Source: Polyangiaceae bacterium
Lineage (GTDB): Bacteria; Myxococcota_A; Polyangia; Polyangiales; Polyangiaceae
Length of the DNA: 64,000 bases
Direction: 5' to 3'
Assembly (NCBI GenBank): GCA_044376115.1
Contig: JBILLK010000030.1
Span: 73,361 to 137,360, forward strand
Shown: piece by piece, positions 1 to 9,799 of the stretch
Layout: the number at the start of each line of letters is the position of its first letter
Position numbering within the stretch: the first letter of the stretch is position 1
The notes under the pieces: model-generated
Told to the model about the DNA's origin: nothing
What the model saw: the letters and a program-made list of their open reading frames with translations, nothing else
Database searches by the model: none
Program-made: the position numbers and the translations under genes

Positions 1-1
1 G

Positions 2-523
2 CTTGGGCCGCAGGCGACCTTGGCCGCCATCGCTGCCAAGGCGGGCGTCGGTGCCGCCTCACTGCATCGTTACTTCCCAACCACGGCGGCGATCTTCGCC
101 GAGGTGTCGCGGCAGAGTTACCGCACGTTGCTCGAGCAGATCCGCGCCCTCACGAACCGGGAAGACCTCGAGCTCTATGCGATGGTGAAGCTCGTCTGCC
201 AGGCCGCCATCGACGGGCCCGGGCTTTCGCTCGAGCATCGCAGGCGGCTCAATCTCGAGCTGCCGCTGGCGTGGACCACGAGCACCGCCGAGCAGGTCTA
301 CGCCGAGGTGCTCGAGGCTGCAGCGGGGTGGATTCGCAAGCATGTGCGGCCGCCGCCTCAGGACCTCGAGGCGCGCGTGTTCGTTGCCTTCGCCAACATT
401 CGCGGTGCTGTGCTGATGATGCTGATGTTCCCGTCGATCGCTCCACCGCGTGAGGCGCTGTTACCAGCGCTCGCCGACTCGGTGTTTCTAGCGCTCACCC
501 TCGATCGACAAGTGAGCCAATAG
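2..523 (+). CDS. TetR/AcrR-family regulator, 5' end outside the window
   Basis: HTH segment TLAAIAAKAGVGAASLHRYFP; the frame is open back to the window edge. Confidence 0.85.
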   Translation, partial: LGPQATLAAIAAKAGVGAASLHRYFPTTAAIFAEVSRQSYRTLLEQIRALTNREDLELYAMVKLVCQAAIDGPGLSLEHRRRLNLELPLAWTTSTAEQVYAEVLEAAAGWIRKHVRPPPQDLEARVFVAFANIRGAVLMMLMFPSIAPPREALLPALADSVFLALTLDRQVSQ

Positions 524-637
524 CGACTCGCTTGGCGCTAGTTGTGCCAGCTGTGCCGCGCACGGCACCGAGCGAGCTACAAATTGGCGTGAATGCAAGG
601 GCCTATCGCTGGCACGCGCGATGCTCAAGCAGCCTTC

Positions 638-1417
638 ATGAAGACGAGCTTCCTCGGGTTTGCGATGGTGCTAACGGCGATGACCGGCTGCAACGCCACG
701 GTCAGCAACGGCAACTGCGAAGAGCCGGAGCCCGGCGGCTCAGGTGGTTGCGGGGCCACGTGGGAGTGTATCGACGGTGAGTGGGTAGATACCTCCGAAC
801 AAGCCGTGGACAACTGTCTCCCGCCCAGCGAATGCCCGGCGACGTTGCCCGAGTTCGGCTCGCCCTGCAACGGCTCGACGCAATGCGAATACCCCGGCAC
901 CGACGAAGAGTGCGGTGATCCAAACCAGCCTTTTTACGCCGACTGCGTCGATGGTGCGTGGCAGATCTCGACGACGCGCTGCTCCCCTCCGCCGGAGTGC
1001 CCGGAGCTGATGCCAACCGCGGGCACCGATTGCACCGGCTGGGACTACGCCTTCGCCTGCTCGTATGAAATCGACTGCGGTGCGGGTCCCACGCCGCTCT
1101 TGATGAGCTGCAGCTTCGAGTCTGGAGCGGCGCTCTGGCAGGTCGACTCGGGCATGGGCTGCACCGACTGCATCGGTCTGGACCCCGCCACGTGTGCGGC
1201 AAGCGAGTGTCAGTGGCTCACGCCCGGGTGTGAAGCCGGTGCGCCGCCGCTCGTAGAGGGTTGCTACCCGAAGCTCGACTGCCAATCGGATGGTTGCAAC
1301 GGCGACCTGCAGTGCGTGCTCTATTCCTACAACCCCTGCGCCGGCGCTGAATGTGACGCGTGCGGCGCGACCTTTGGCGTTTGCGAAGAGCCGCCCCCGC
1401 CGCCTCCTCAGCCGTAG
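638..1417 (+). CDS. Cys-rich secreted lipoprotein
   Basis: MKTSFLGFAMVLTAMTG-C signal/lipobox; repeated CPxxxPxxGxxC units; poly-Pro tail. Confidence 0.75.
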   Translation: MKTSFLGFAMVLTAMTGCNATVSNGNCEEPEPGGSGGCGATWECIDGEWVDTSEQAVDNCLPPSECPATLPEFGSPCNGSTQCEYPGTDEECGDPNQPFYADCVDGAWQISTTRCSPPPECPELMPTAGTDCTGWDYAFACSYEIDCGAGPTPLLMSCSFESGAALWQVDSGMGCTDCIGLDPATCAASECQWLTPGCEAGAPPLVEGCYPKLDCQSDGCNGDLQCVLYSYNPCAGAECDACGATFGVCEEPPPPPPQP

Positions 1418-1792
1418 TTACGGCCGCTGATCGCGCGGGATGCAGTCTCCGTGGACGAAACCATCTGCACTCGAGAAGGCATCCCCGAGCTCGATCGGCT
1501 CACCGCAGGCAGCGCACAACGAGCCTGCTTGATCGCGTCGGCGTACGAAGGGCCCGCGCGGAATGCGCCGCTTGCGAACCGGCGCCGGCGGGGGTTCCGC
1601 CCAAGCATCCCACGCTGAGGCTGGTCGGCGCGGACTCGATCGACGCGGAGCTTGCACCGACGCAACGTCCTCGATCACGACCTTGCCCTCGCGGATCAGC
1701 CGACAGGCCTGGCGTGCGGCAGCGCTCGCTTCATGCTCGTTGGCCGAGCCGGCGAGCGCCGCGAGCTTGCGAACCTTGTCGGCGACGCTCAT
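1418..1792 (-). CDS. DUF2786-like protein with C-terminal CxxC...HxxC motif
   Basis: DKVRKLAALAGSANEHEASAAARQA resembles DUF2786; CAACGEPI...VHGDC. Confidence 0.6.
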   Translation of the reverse strand: MSVADKVRKLAALAGSANEHEASAAARQACRLIREGKVVIEDVASVQAPRRSSPRRPASAWDAWAEPPPAPVRKRRIPRGPFVRRRDQAGSLCAACGEPIELGDAFSSADGFVHGDCIPRDQRP

Positions 1793-1820
1793 GCGTGAAT
1801 GGACCCGTTAGCCATGCCCG

Positions 1821-2708
1821 TCATTCTTCAAGCGGTGTAGCGCGTTCCTCGAGGGGCGTCTTATCCGTCTGCGTCGCGAGCAGCGCGTACCACCCGAGGA
1901 CGCTCGCGAAGCCTGCGCCGAAGACAGGCACAGGGAAGTGCCCAACGAAGGTAACGAGCAGGCTCGCGACGTTGTAGCTGACCGCAGCGCCTGCCAACGG
2001 CACCGCGAACCAAGTGCGAGGCCGGGCGAGGCCAACGAGCAAGAACGCCACCGCGACCGCGCAGGCTGCGACCCACAGCGGGCCTTGCTCGAAGGCGAGG
2101 TAGAAAACTCGCTCCACGTGAGCCACTGGCGCGAGCGGATCGGCTCGTAGCCAGCTCAGCGCAGCTGCGCACAGCAGCGCCATTGCGCTCGAGAACCGTG
2201 CGAATCTTTGCGTGGGAGCGCGAGCGAGCAACAGCGCGATACCGCCCGCGGCGAGGGCGCTCGCCTGCCCAGCGTCCGGTTGCAACACGTGCACGACCGC
2301 TACCGTGAGCGTCGCTGCGAGCGCTCTTGTCCTTGCGCTCGCAGCGCGTGCGCCCAAGCCTAAGAGCAGGCACGGCGCTAGCGCAGCCGAGGCGTTGAGT
2401 TGCAGCCCGCCGAGGCTTAGCCAGCGCGTTACGCCCTCCATTCCAGGCTGCAGCAACGTCGCACTGATGCCCAGCGCTGCCAGCGTCGGTGCCCAGGCCT
2501 CCAGCGTCTCCCGGCGAAAGCGTCGCGCCGCGAGGACCAGCCCAGCGCCGAGCAACATCGCAATCAGGTTGGGCGCATAGGCCGTCCAGCGCACGCCCTG
2601 CGATAGCGCGAGTCCGAGGCCAACCGCGGTCGCCGGGATCGGCGCGAGCAGAGCCAGGTGCTCGCTCGCATGCGGCGTCCTTGACTGAGCGGCCGCAGCG
2701 CCGTTCAC
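1821..2708 (-). CDS. Short FtsW/RodA(SEDS)-like multi-TM membrane protein
   Basis: GVTRWLSLGGLQLN and LQPDAG SEDS-like motifs; GTG start overlaps the TetR stop (GTGA). Confidence 0.6.
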   Translation of the reverse strand: MNGAAAAQSRTPHASEHLALLAPIPATAVGLGLALSQGVRWTAYAPNLIAMLLGAGLVLAARRFRRETLEAWAPTLAALGISATLLQPGMEGVTRWLSLGGLQLNASAALAPCLLLGLGARAASARTRALAATLTVAVVHVLQPDAGQASALAAGGIALLLARAPTQRFARFSSAMALLCAAALSWLRADPLAPVAHVERVFYLAFEQGPLWVAACAVAVAFLLVGLARPRTWFAVPLAGAAVSYNVASLLVTFVGHFPVPVFGAGFASVLGWYALLATQTDKTPLEERATPLEE

Positions 2709-3298
2709 GCGTCCGTACGCACCCCGAGCATCAGCACGCGAACGAGCTCGGTGAGGTTCTTGCGATGGGCTGCGACCGTGGTTGCGTCGTAGGCCGCACC
2801 GGAGGCCGCCCGGACGAGCAAGTGAGCCAGGCCGGTGGCCGTCAAGCCTGCGCGCGTTAGGTCGACCTCTTCGGACTCTTCGATCGCCGCTGCGAGCAAG
2901 CGCAAAAACGCCTTGTCCGCACGCGCGATGGTCTCGGCTCCGAGGCGGCTCTGCGAGTCGATCAGCTCCTGGGCGTGCGGCGAACGCTGCACCAGCTCCC
3001 AATAGCGCGTGAACTTTGCGGCCAGCATCCCGGCCAAACGATCGTCGATGGAGCCGCGTCCACGGCCGGCCGCTTCGGCGCGCGCGATCAGGTCTTCGCA
3101 CACGGCAACCACTACCGCTTCGAACACCGCGTCTTTGTCTTTGAAGTACGCGTAGACGGTAGGTTTCGCCACGCCGGCCTCGGCCGCGAGCAGGTCGATC
3201 GAGGTGCGCTTGAAGCCATAGCGACTGAAGAGCGTGGTTGCCGCGTTGACGATTCGTACGCGCTTCTCTTCAGCTCGCGGGGCCTCCTTGGGCGACAT
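2705..3298 (-). CDS. TetR-family regulator
   Basis: IVNAATTLFSRYGFKRTSIDLLAAEAGVAKPTVYAYFKDK. Confidence 0.95.
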   Translation of the reverse strand: MSPKEAPRAEEKRVRIVNAATTLFSRYGFKRTSIDLLAAEAGVAKPTVYAYFKDKDAVFEAVVVAVCEDLIARAEAAGRGRGSIDDRLAGMLAAKFTRYWELVQRSPHAQELIDSQSRLGAETIARADKAFLRLLAAAIEESEEVDLTRAGLTATGLAHLLVRAASGAAYDATTVAAHRKNLTELVRVLMLGVRTDA

Positions 3299-3326
3299 GT
3301 CGGCACCTTAACATGTTTTGTAACAT

Positions 3327-3352
3327 TGAACCGAATTGACATATTTAGTTCA
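3327..3352. promoter_or_regulatory. Probable TetR operator overlapping a TTGACA -35 box
   Basis: TGAACCGAAT-N6-ATTTAGTTCA imperfect inverted repeat (8/10) in an AT-rich divergent gap; TTGACA at 3336-3341. Confidence 0.6.
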
Positions 3353-3382
3353 GTGAGTAAGTGTTCGGCCAGGAGAAAACCC

Positions 3383-4438
3383 ATGCATGTTCTCGTCACC
3401 GGTGCCTCTGGCTTCATCGCTAGCCATATCGTTCAGCAGCTCTTGGCCAAGGGCCACCGCGTGCGCGGCACCGTGCGCTCCCTCGCCAAAGAGAAGGACC
3501 TAGCGAGGTTGCGGGCGCTTCCGGGCGCTGCTGAGCAGCTCAGCTTCGTCGCTGCGGATCTGCGTACGCCAGGCGGCTTTGACGAGGCCGTGCGCGGTTG
3601 TGATGCCGTCTTGCATACCGCCAGCCCCTACTCGTTGGACGCCAAAGACCCGCAGAAGGATCTCGTGGACCCGGCGGTGATGGGCACACGCAACGTGCTG
3701 CTCGCCTGTCAGAAGGCACCCTCGGTCAAGCGGGTGATCGTGACCTCATCGATGGCTGCCATCACCGATGAGCCGGAGAGTGACCACCTTCTGACGGAGG
3801 CGGATTGGAACACCAAATCCAGCTTGGAGCGCAACCCGTACTACTACTCAAAGACTCTCGCGGAGCGCGCAGCGTGGGAGTTCCTCGAGCGGGAGAAGCC
3901 CAGCTTTGACCTGGTGGTGATCAACCCGTTCTTGGTCATCGGCCCTTCTCTCTCTCTGGGCATCAATACCTCGAACCAACTGTTCGTGGATCTCTTGGCT
4001 GGGACGTACCCCGGCATCATGAACCTTACCTGGGGCTTCGTGGACGTGCGTGACGTCGCGGATGCGCACGTTCGTGCGCTTGAAACGCCCGGGGCGAAAG
4101 GGCGCTACATCACCGCGGGGGAGACCATTGGGATGCGCGCCCTGGTTGAACTCTTGGAAAAGAATGGTTGGGCGAGCGGTAACAAGCTTCCCAAGCTCGG
4201 CATGGATTGCGGTGCTGGAGATTTCGCTGTGCGGCTCTCCTCGTACCTTCAGCCCAAGGGCGTCGGGTCCTACTTGCGAACCCACGTAGGGCGTGTCCCG
4301 CGGTATGACACGAGCAAGGTGCGTAATGAGCTTGGCGTCAGCTTTCGCAGCGCAGAGAGCTCCGTCCTCGATACCCTCGCGGATCTCGAGCGCGAGGGTC
4401 ACGTGAAGCGTCAGGCTGGTGCGGCTGCTTCGCGCTAG
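3383..4438 (+). CDS. Extended SDR, aldehyde/dihydroflavonol reductase-like
   Basis: VLVTGASGFIA Rossmann motif, TSS, YxxSK (YYYSK); AGGAG RBS. Confidence 0.92.
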   Translation: MHVLVTGASGFIASHIVQQLLAKGHRVRGTVRSLAKEKDLARLRALPGAAEQLSFVAADLRTPGGFDEAVRGCDAVLHTASPYSLDAKDPQKDLVDPAVMGTRNVLLACQKAPSVKRVIVTSSMAAITDEPESDHLLTEADWNTKSSLERNPYYYSKTLAERAAWEFLEREKPSFDLVVINPFLVIGPSLSLGINTSNQLFVDLLAGTYPGIMNLTWGFVDVRDVADAHVRALETPGAKGRYITAGETIGMRALVELLEKNGWASGNKLPKLGMDCGAGDFAVRLSSYLQPKGVGSYLRTHVGRVPRYDTSKVRNELGVSFRSAESSVLDTLADLEREGHVKRQAGAAASR

Positions 4439-4447
4439 TGCGTCAGG

Positions 4448-5434
4448 CTAGAACGCCCAGCGGGCTGAAGCGCTCGTGGGTCCGAGTTGCCATTGTGGGG
4501 TGAAGCGTGGGCCCGGCCCGACGGGCTCGCTGACGTCGGGTTCCCCGGAGCCCCAAAGCACGAGCGGTAGCCCGACGCCCACCAGGGCCAAGCCACCAAT
4601 CAGTGTAGCCGGCGTGCCGGGGTAGAAGTCGGGCGTGTAGTCCTCGACGCGCCGCTCGCGCATAGCGTCGGCGAACAAACCGAACGACATCGAAACGGCG
4701 GCCATCGAGCCCAAGGTGATGCACACGATCCCGGCCTCCACCGCCGCCTTCGAACGCATGGCTTGAACGCCGATCTCATCCTCGCGCGCACCGTGCACCG
4801 TCATGGCGATACCGCCTCCAAGCGCAGCCAGCGACGCTCCCCAAAGGCCCCATACCTCCGAGTCGGAGGAGCCGTCCTGCCCAGCCTCGGCCAGCAAAGC
4901 TCCGCTCACCGAGAGGGTCGCGACGCCACCGATCGTAATCATGCCGATGCCGGTCCCCGTCATGCCGGGCGAACGCATACGCAGGTTGTCCTCCGGATAG
5001 GTTGGTACCGAACTGGCCCCTACAGCAATGAAAGGAATCCCAAAGGCGAGCAGGCCCGCCGCTGGACCAAGCGTCAGAACCCCAGGAATGATCGTGTCTT
5101 CGGAGGTGACGAGTCCTGTCCCCAACGCTGCGAGCGCCGCTCCTGCTGCGGTGAAAACGATGCCGGTGACCATCAGCGAGCGGCTTCGAAGTTCGGTCGG
5201 GGCTGGCGCTGGGGAGGCCCAGGCCCACGGCCTCACCCACGGGCCTGACGGAGGCGGAGCGGCCGGCGTCCACGCTGGAGCTGGCGCCCAAGGCTCGCTG
5301 GCCGGCGGCGCCCAAGGCTCGCTGGCCGGCGGCGCTGGTTCCGCGGACTGCGCATCACTCCGCGCAGGAGCGAACGCGCCCCCGAGGAGGGCCGTAAGAA
5401 GCCAAACCGATCGATAGTGAAGCTGCGCCCGCAT
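4448..5434 (-). CDS. Exported membrane protein with repeated Gly-rich hydrophobic hairpins and C-terminal Phe
   Basis: Signal peptide, Pro-rich linker, three (L/M)RS-initiated hydrophobic units, ends SASARWAF. Confidence 0.7.
   Translation of the reverse strand: MRAQLHYRSVWLLTALLGGAFAPARSDAQSAEPAPPASEPWAPPASEPWAPAPAWTPAAPPPSGPWVRPWAWASPAPAPTELRSRSLMVTGIVFTAAGAALAALGTGLVTSEDTIIPGVLTLGPAAGLLAFGIPFIAVGASSVPTYPEDNLRMRSPGMTGTGIGMITIGGVATLSVSGALLAEAGQDGSSDSEVWGLWGASLAALGGGIAMTVHGAREDEIGVQAMRSKAAVEAGIVCITLGSMAAVSMSFGLFADAMRERRVEDYTPDFYPGTPATLIGGLALVGVGLPLVLWGSGEPDVSEPVGPGPRFTPQWQLGPTSASARWAF
5283..5335. repeat. 24-bp tandem repeat x2 (PPASEPWA)
   Basis: ggcgcccaaggctcgctggccggc occurs twice, exactly. 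Confidence 0.9.
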
Positions 5435-5499
5435 GCAATTGGGCGGAGCACAATCTCAGCCAACGGTGCGTCGGGATTTGGACGGCTCGAGCGATGCGC

Positions 5500-6066
5500 T
5501 CAGAAGGCGTATCCAACCGTGGCGTCAGCGTGGGGATAGGCGCCGCGAAAGCTGCGCTCCGAAGCCGGCCCCGGCAAGACCACCGCGTGGTACTGGCCTC
5601 CGGCTCCGATCGCGAGGTGCAGATGATCGAGCAGCAACAGCGCGTAGCCGGCGCTCACGCCGAGCGCTGCAGCCAAGCCAACTCGACTTTCCCCAGCCAC
5701 CTCGGCGGTCGCGAAGCCGCCTTGTACGAACGGTGAGATCCAGAAGCCCTCGGGCGCCTCATCCGTCAGATAGAACATCGGCCTGAGTCGAAGAACGAAG
5801 CCCATCGTGTCGAGCGCCTCTTCGGTCTGCGTCCACGGTACATACCAATCGAGGTTGGCCTGCAATGCGACCCGCGGTGCCACCGTGCGCTGCACACCTG
5901 CGCCGACGACGTGCAGACCAAGGTCGGCGAGCACAATCGTCTGTGGCGCTTCGGTGGCCTGCGGCGCTTCGATCGTCTGTGGCGGAGGGGCCGCCTGTCC
6001 GAGCGCACACGGCGCAGCGCCGAGCACGAGCAGCCCGACGGCTAGGTGCAGCAAGCGAAAGGTCAT
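5500..6066 (-). CDS. Small outer-membrane beta-barrel protein (DUF3575-like)
   Basis: Signal peptide, amphipathic strands, ends ATVGYAF; AGGAG RBS. Confidence 0.65.
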   Translation of the reverse strand: MTFRLLHLAVGLLVLGAAPCALGQAAPPPQTIEAPQATEAPQTIVLADLGLHVVGAGVQRTVAPRVALQANLDWYVPWTQTEEALDTMGFVLRLRPMFYLTDEAPEGFWISPFVQGGFATAEVAGESRVGLAAALGVSAGYALLLLDHLHLAIGAGGQYHAVVLPGPASERSFRGAYPHADATVGYAF

Positions 6067-6134
6067 GGCTCCTGATATCACCTTGCTCGCTGGCTGTACC
6101 GTTCGCTCGAGCCGTGCCGTGTCAGCTCTCGCTC

Positions 6135-6362
6135 TCAGGGTTCCCCGACGGTCTTGCAGGTCATCGTCGTGCCCCTCTTGTTTGCCTCGCAGCGCAGCAG
6201 CGTTCCCCAGGCCGAGAAAGGGCTCTGCTTGAGCCGCGTCATATAATAGGTATCGCTGTCCGGTTCGCGGCGAATGCTTGTGTAGGTGGCCTGACAGCCC
6301 GTCATCGCGAGCAGCGAGCCGACCAGGGCGCAGGCCGCGAACGTTGTGGATCGAGCGCTCAT
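6135..6362 (-). CDS. Small lipoprotein
   Basis: MSARSTTFAACALVGSLLAMTG-C; ATGA overlap with the upstream ORF. Confidence 0.65.
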   Translation of the reverse strand: MSARSTTFAACALVGSLLAMTGCQATYTSIRREPDSDTYYMTRLKQSPFSAWGTLLRCEANKRGTTMTCKTVGEP

Positions 6363-6553
6363 TCGTCCACCCTCATTTCTACTTCGATGCATTCTTTGTC
6401 GCCGTCCTCGGGGCACAGCCACAGCAGCGGAGCAGAGCCCCGACTGCCAGCCATGTAGACCCAGCCTTCACGAGGCGATGGAGCCGAGCTCCACGCCGTG
6501 GTTACGCATCCACTCGCGCCGAGCGCGAGACTGAAGAGCACGCAAAACCTCAC
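6359..6553 (-). CDS. Small lipoprotein
   Basis: MRFCVLFSLALGASG-C; coupled to the next gene. Confidence 0.55.
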   Translation of the reverse strand: MRFCVLFSLALGASGCVTTAWSSAPSPREGWVYMAGSRGSAPLLWLCPEDGDKECIEVEMRVDE

Positions 6554-6634
6554 GTCGATCCCCTTTCAAGCCACAACAATGTGGCCCTGGCACGCTAGGC
6601 GGCCGCGCGCCCCGAGCCAAGGGCAGATCCGTGC

Positions 6635-7417
6635 TCAGTCGCCCTGGCAGACCCCGAACTGACCGCTCGAAGGCGCGAGGCTGTTCTCGGCGAAGGGGAC
6701 GGCTTCGTCCTCGATCACTTGCCCGAACACGTCGGTCACGCGCAGCGCGTAAGGGCCGTCACCGAGCCCGCTATCCGTAACGAAGTAGTTGTAGTCGAGC
6801 CGCTGGATAGCATTGTAGTTGCCCGCCGCGTCGCGCGCTTCGAGCGAGGCGATCGCGTAGGTATGGTTGCGCAGTTGGATCGCCGTCCAAAACGGGTTCG
6901 ACCCCTCTTTAAAGTGGTATTGCATCGGCCCTTGTACGTCGCAAGCGACGTAGCGCCAGGAGATGTCGACCCGACCTTGCTCGAGAGGCGCAATGAGCGC
7001 GAACGCCTCCGGGCTCAGATCGATGTCGCCCTGCGGGCACTCGGGGCAACGGTCCACGATGCGCACCTCGATCATTCCGTTCGGCCCGGTGACCTCCACA
7101 CACGCGCCGCAGCTGGCGCTGCCGGCGTAGTCGGTCTGGTTCATCGCGCCGACCATGAGATCGTCGGGCGTCGCAGGGAAGCTGCAGTTCCCGCTGCCAT
7201 CGGCGAAGTCGTAGAACGTCGCTTCGCCCTGGTGGAGCGTCAGGTCGGCGTCGCAGTTGGGGTTCAACGGGGCGCCCCCCGTGCCGGGGCCGCTCGAGGT
7301 TGGGCCCGCGCCCGCGCCCCCACCTCCACCTCCATCCGCGCTCCCGCCGGAACCAGAAACCGCGTCCCCGCAGCCAGCCAACGCAACCACGACGAAACAA
7401 GAAGCTAGCGATCGCAC
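6635..7417 (-). CDS. Expansin-like (EXLX1/YoaJ family) lipoprotein
   Basis: GEATFY, CGAC, IVDRCPEC, DIDLS DPBB domain plus CBM63-like KEGSNPFW...YNYF; LAGC lipobox. Confidence 0.9.
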   Translation of the reverse strand: MRSLASCFVVVALAGCGDAVSGSGGSADGGGGGGAGAGPTSSGPGTGGAPLNPNCDADLTLHQGEATFYDFADGSGNCSFPATPDDLMVGAMNQTDYAGSASCGACVEVTGPNGMIEVRIVDRCPECPQGDIDLSPEAFALIAPLEQGRVDISWRYVACDVQGPMQYHFKEGSNPFWTAIQLRNHTYAIASLEARDAAGNYNAIQRLDYNYFVTDSGLGDGPYALRVTDVFGQVIEDEAVPFAENSLAPSSGQFGVCQGD

Positions 7418-7493
7418 TTCCTGAGCGTAGCGGAAGAGGGCGTTTGCGGATTGAGCAGAATGGGCCTTCCCGCAGGGGCGCCCGCTTCGACAC

Positions 7494-8957
7494 TCACTCG
7501 CTAGCGCCAACCGCACGAATGAGGCGTAGCGCCGTGTTGAAGGGCGCGCCGAAGCGCTTCTTGGCGTGGCTGACCAACGTCTTTTGGGAGGCCACATTGT
7601 GAAACATGCTGTCGCCAAAGGGCATCTCGAGCAGGACGAGCGGCAGTACCCACGGGGCTGCCGGGTCGTCGGCGACGAGATCGAGCAGCTCCTCATACGA
7701 GAGGAGCATGCCGTTCGGGTTTCGGCCGAAGTGCGTCAAGCGTAAGGCAAAGACGTGCGCAGCGAGCCCCGCTCCACCCTCGCGGATCAGGCGAGCGCGC
7801 TCGTCGAGCCGCGCCTGGTAGTCGAGATCCGTGGCCAGGATGGAGAAAAGGTCTGCAGATGCGAGCCGCATTTTGCTCGCTGTGGGAGCGCTCTCGCGGG
7901 CAACGCGCAGATCGCGAAGCGCCTGCAAGCGCGGGTCGTCGAGCACACGAAGCAGCCCCTGGCAGGCGCTTTTGACGGCTGCCTTGCGCGATTTGGCTCC
8001 CTCGCTGAGGGCTGGTCGAGCGCGTTGCTCCAGCATCGCGAGCGCCCCGATCGCAGCGCCGCGCAGCACGGCCGAACTCTTGCCCGTCCAGCTGACCAGC
8101 TCCTGCGCGGCCTCCTCGGCTTGCAACATCCCGAGCGCACTCAATGCGATTCGCGACGAGCGTGGACGCGGGCTCTTCTGCCGAAGCATCGACAAGAGTC
8201 GAGGCACGAGGTCGAGGCCGCGATCGGCGACCGCCCGGGCATAGCCGAAGAGCTGGCTCTCGACTTCCGCGGACCAGCCGCTCTCAGCTTGCTCAAAGAG
8301 CTGATCGAGCTCGGGAATGGCTGGCGCCGGCGGAACCGGGCGTCGGACGGCAATCCGATTCGGTTCGACCCCGCGAAGCACGATGCAATGCCGACAGATC
8401 AAGTACACGGGCTTAGCGCTCGCGATGGCCGCACGAAGCGCGAGCAAGCCGACACCTGTTAGCTCTTCGAGCAACCTCCAGGGGTCACGTCGATGCAGCT
8501 GCTTGGCGGCGACGTCCGGCGCTCGCTCGAAGTCGTTCTCATCGCGACAAATGACCTTAAAGTCCTCTTGGACCATCAACACTCGGTCGAACGCAGGCCG
8601 CTTTTGGTCGTGCTCGATATGCACATAGGACGTCAGGTCGCCGATGCGCTCGACGAGGTGTTCGCCCTCGATCCATTGGCGCGACTCAGGACTACCGCCG
8701 TAGAAGACGACATGCCATCCAGGAATCTCCGCTACCCAACTCCAAAGCTCATCCGGCAGCTCGGAGTGCTCGAGCGCCGGCCGCGCAAAATCGATCAGCG
8801 CCGCGAGCACCTTTTCGATCGGGGTATCGGTCCGGACCAACAAGGCGTCGAAGCGGCCCGCACTCGTCTGACTTCCTGGGCCGTTCCGGGCCAGCTTCGC
8901 TTCGAAGACGTCGGCCTGTTCACGCGCGCGTTCCCGGTATGTCGCCTCGGCGTTCAC
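7494..8957 (-). CDS. HEAT-repeat-like hypothetical protein
   Basis: Helical repeats SRIALSALGML, LRGAAIGALAML; start codon uncertain. Confidence 0.6.
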   Translation of the reverse strand: MNAEATYRERAREQADVFEAKLARNGPGSQTSAGRFDALLVRTDTPIEKVLAALIDFARPALEHSELPDELWSWVAEIPGWHVVFYGGSPESRQWIEGEHLVERIGDLTSYVHIEHDQKRPAFDRVLMVQEDFKVICRDENDFERAPDVAAKQLHRRDPWRLLEELTGVGLLALRAAIASAKPVYLICRHCIVLRGVEPNRIAVRRPVPPAPAIPELDQLFEQAESGWSAEVESQLFGYARAVADRGLDLVPRLLSMLRQKSPRPRSSRIALSALGMLQAEEAAQELVSWTGKSSAVLRGAAIGALAMLEQRARPALSEGAKSRKAAVKSACQGLLRVLDDPRLQALRDLRVARESAPTASKMRLASADLFSILATDLDYQARLDERARLIREGGAGLAAHVFALRLTHFGRNPNGMLLSYEELLDLVADDPAAPWVLPLVLLEMPFGDSMFHNVASQKTLVSHAKKRFGAPFNTALRLIRAVGASE

Positions 8958-9224
8958 CTGACCTTGGTAACACGATGGATGGGCTAAGGACCAACCCAGC
9001 CCTCGAGGCTCAAGGCGACGTCTGCGTGGTACCAATACCCTCCCGATGCCTGGCTGGTCGCGGGGCCCTCGTTGCCAAGCCCAAATCGGTTCGCGACCGA
9101 AACGTCACTGAAGCCAAAGGCTGCGCCGGAGGCGTACCAAAGAGCGAGCGACATGTCGCCCGACTGAGGATAGTCGTTTTGGTAATAGGAGGCTTCGTCG
9201 TGGAACTGAATCACCGAACATTGG

Positions 9225-9767
9225 TTGGCCTGGTCTGAGAATGGTAGTGTTGCGTATGCTTCGCTTCGCTGGGTTTCCTTGCTGCTGCTCGCGGGCTGCC
9301 CACTGCTGGTCTCAGAGGCTCCGAGTGAGGTCGTTGACGATGGCAGCTCGAGCTCTACGGGCTCATCGGCGACCCGCTATCGTTGCAACGAGACGGTCTA
9401 TACCTGCGACTGCGTGGTCGACGCGGCCGGATCGGAAACCTCGCCGTATTGCTTCCCCAACGACTCGTCTGCCGCCTCGATCTATTGTTGCGCTTCCCCA
9501 GCTTGGCCGAATGAAGGGCAGTGCTACTGCGTCACCATGGCTTGTACCAGCGTGGCGAACGACCGCTGCGAGTGCAGGGCGCAAAGCAATGAGGGCTCGG
9601 ACTCTTGCTCCGCAAGTGGGAACTCCTGTCAGACCGATTGGGGCTGTTATGACGTTGGTTCGGCCAACAACTGTCCAGAGGGTGGAACGCACCGAGACGC
9701 GCCCTGTGCCATCGACGCTTTGAGTTGCCCAGATGGCCGCCTGAACGTTTTTCGCTGCGGCGAGTAG
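9225..9767 (+). CDS. Cys-rich lipoprotein
   Basis: LLLLAG-C lipobox and many Cys; true start may be ATG 9256 with a 1-nt indel. Confidence 0.65.
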   Translation: MAWSENGSVAYASLRWVSLLLLAGCPLLVSEAPSEVVDDGSSSSTGSSATRYRCNETVYTCDCVVDAAGSETSPYCFPNDSSAASIYCCASPAWPNEGQCYCVTMACTSVANDRCECRAQSNEGSDSCSASGNSCQTDWGCYDVGSANNCPEGGTHRDAPCAIDALSCPDGRLNVFRCGE

Positions 9768-9799
9768 CGTCCGCCGCGCTATTGTCCAATCGCTAATGG

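Noticed and set aside
2975..3382. N-terminal extension of the reductase given by the ORF track
   Set aside because: Overlaps the TetR gene; ATG 3383 has an AGGAG RBS and begins the Rossmann motif
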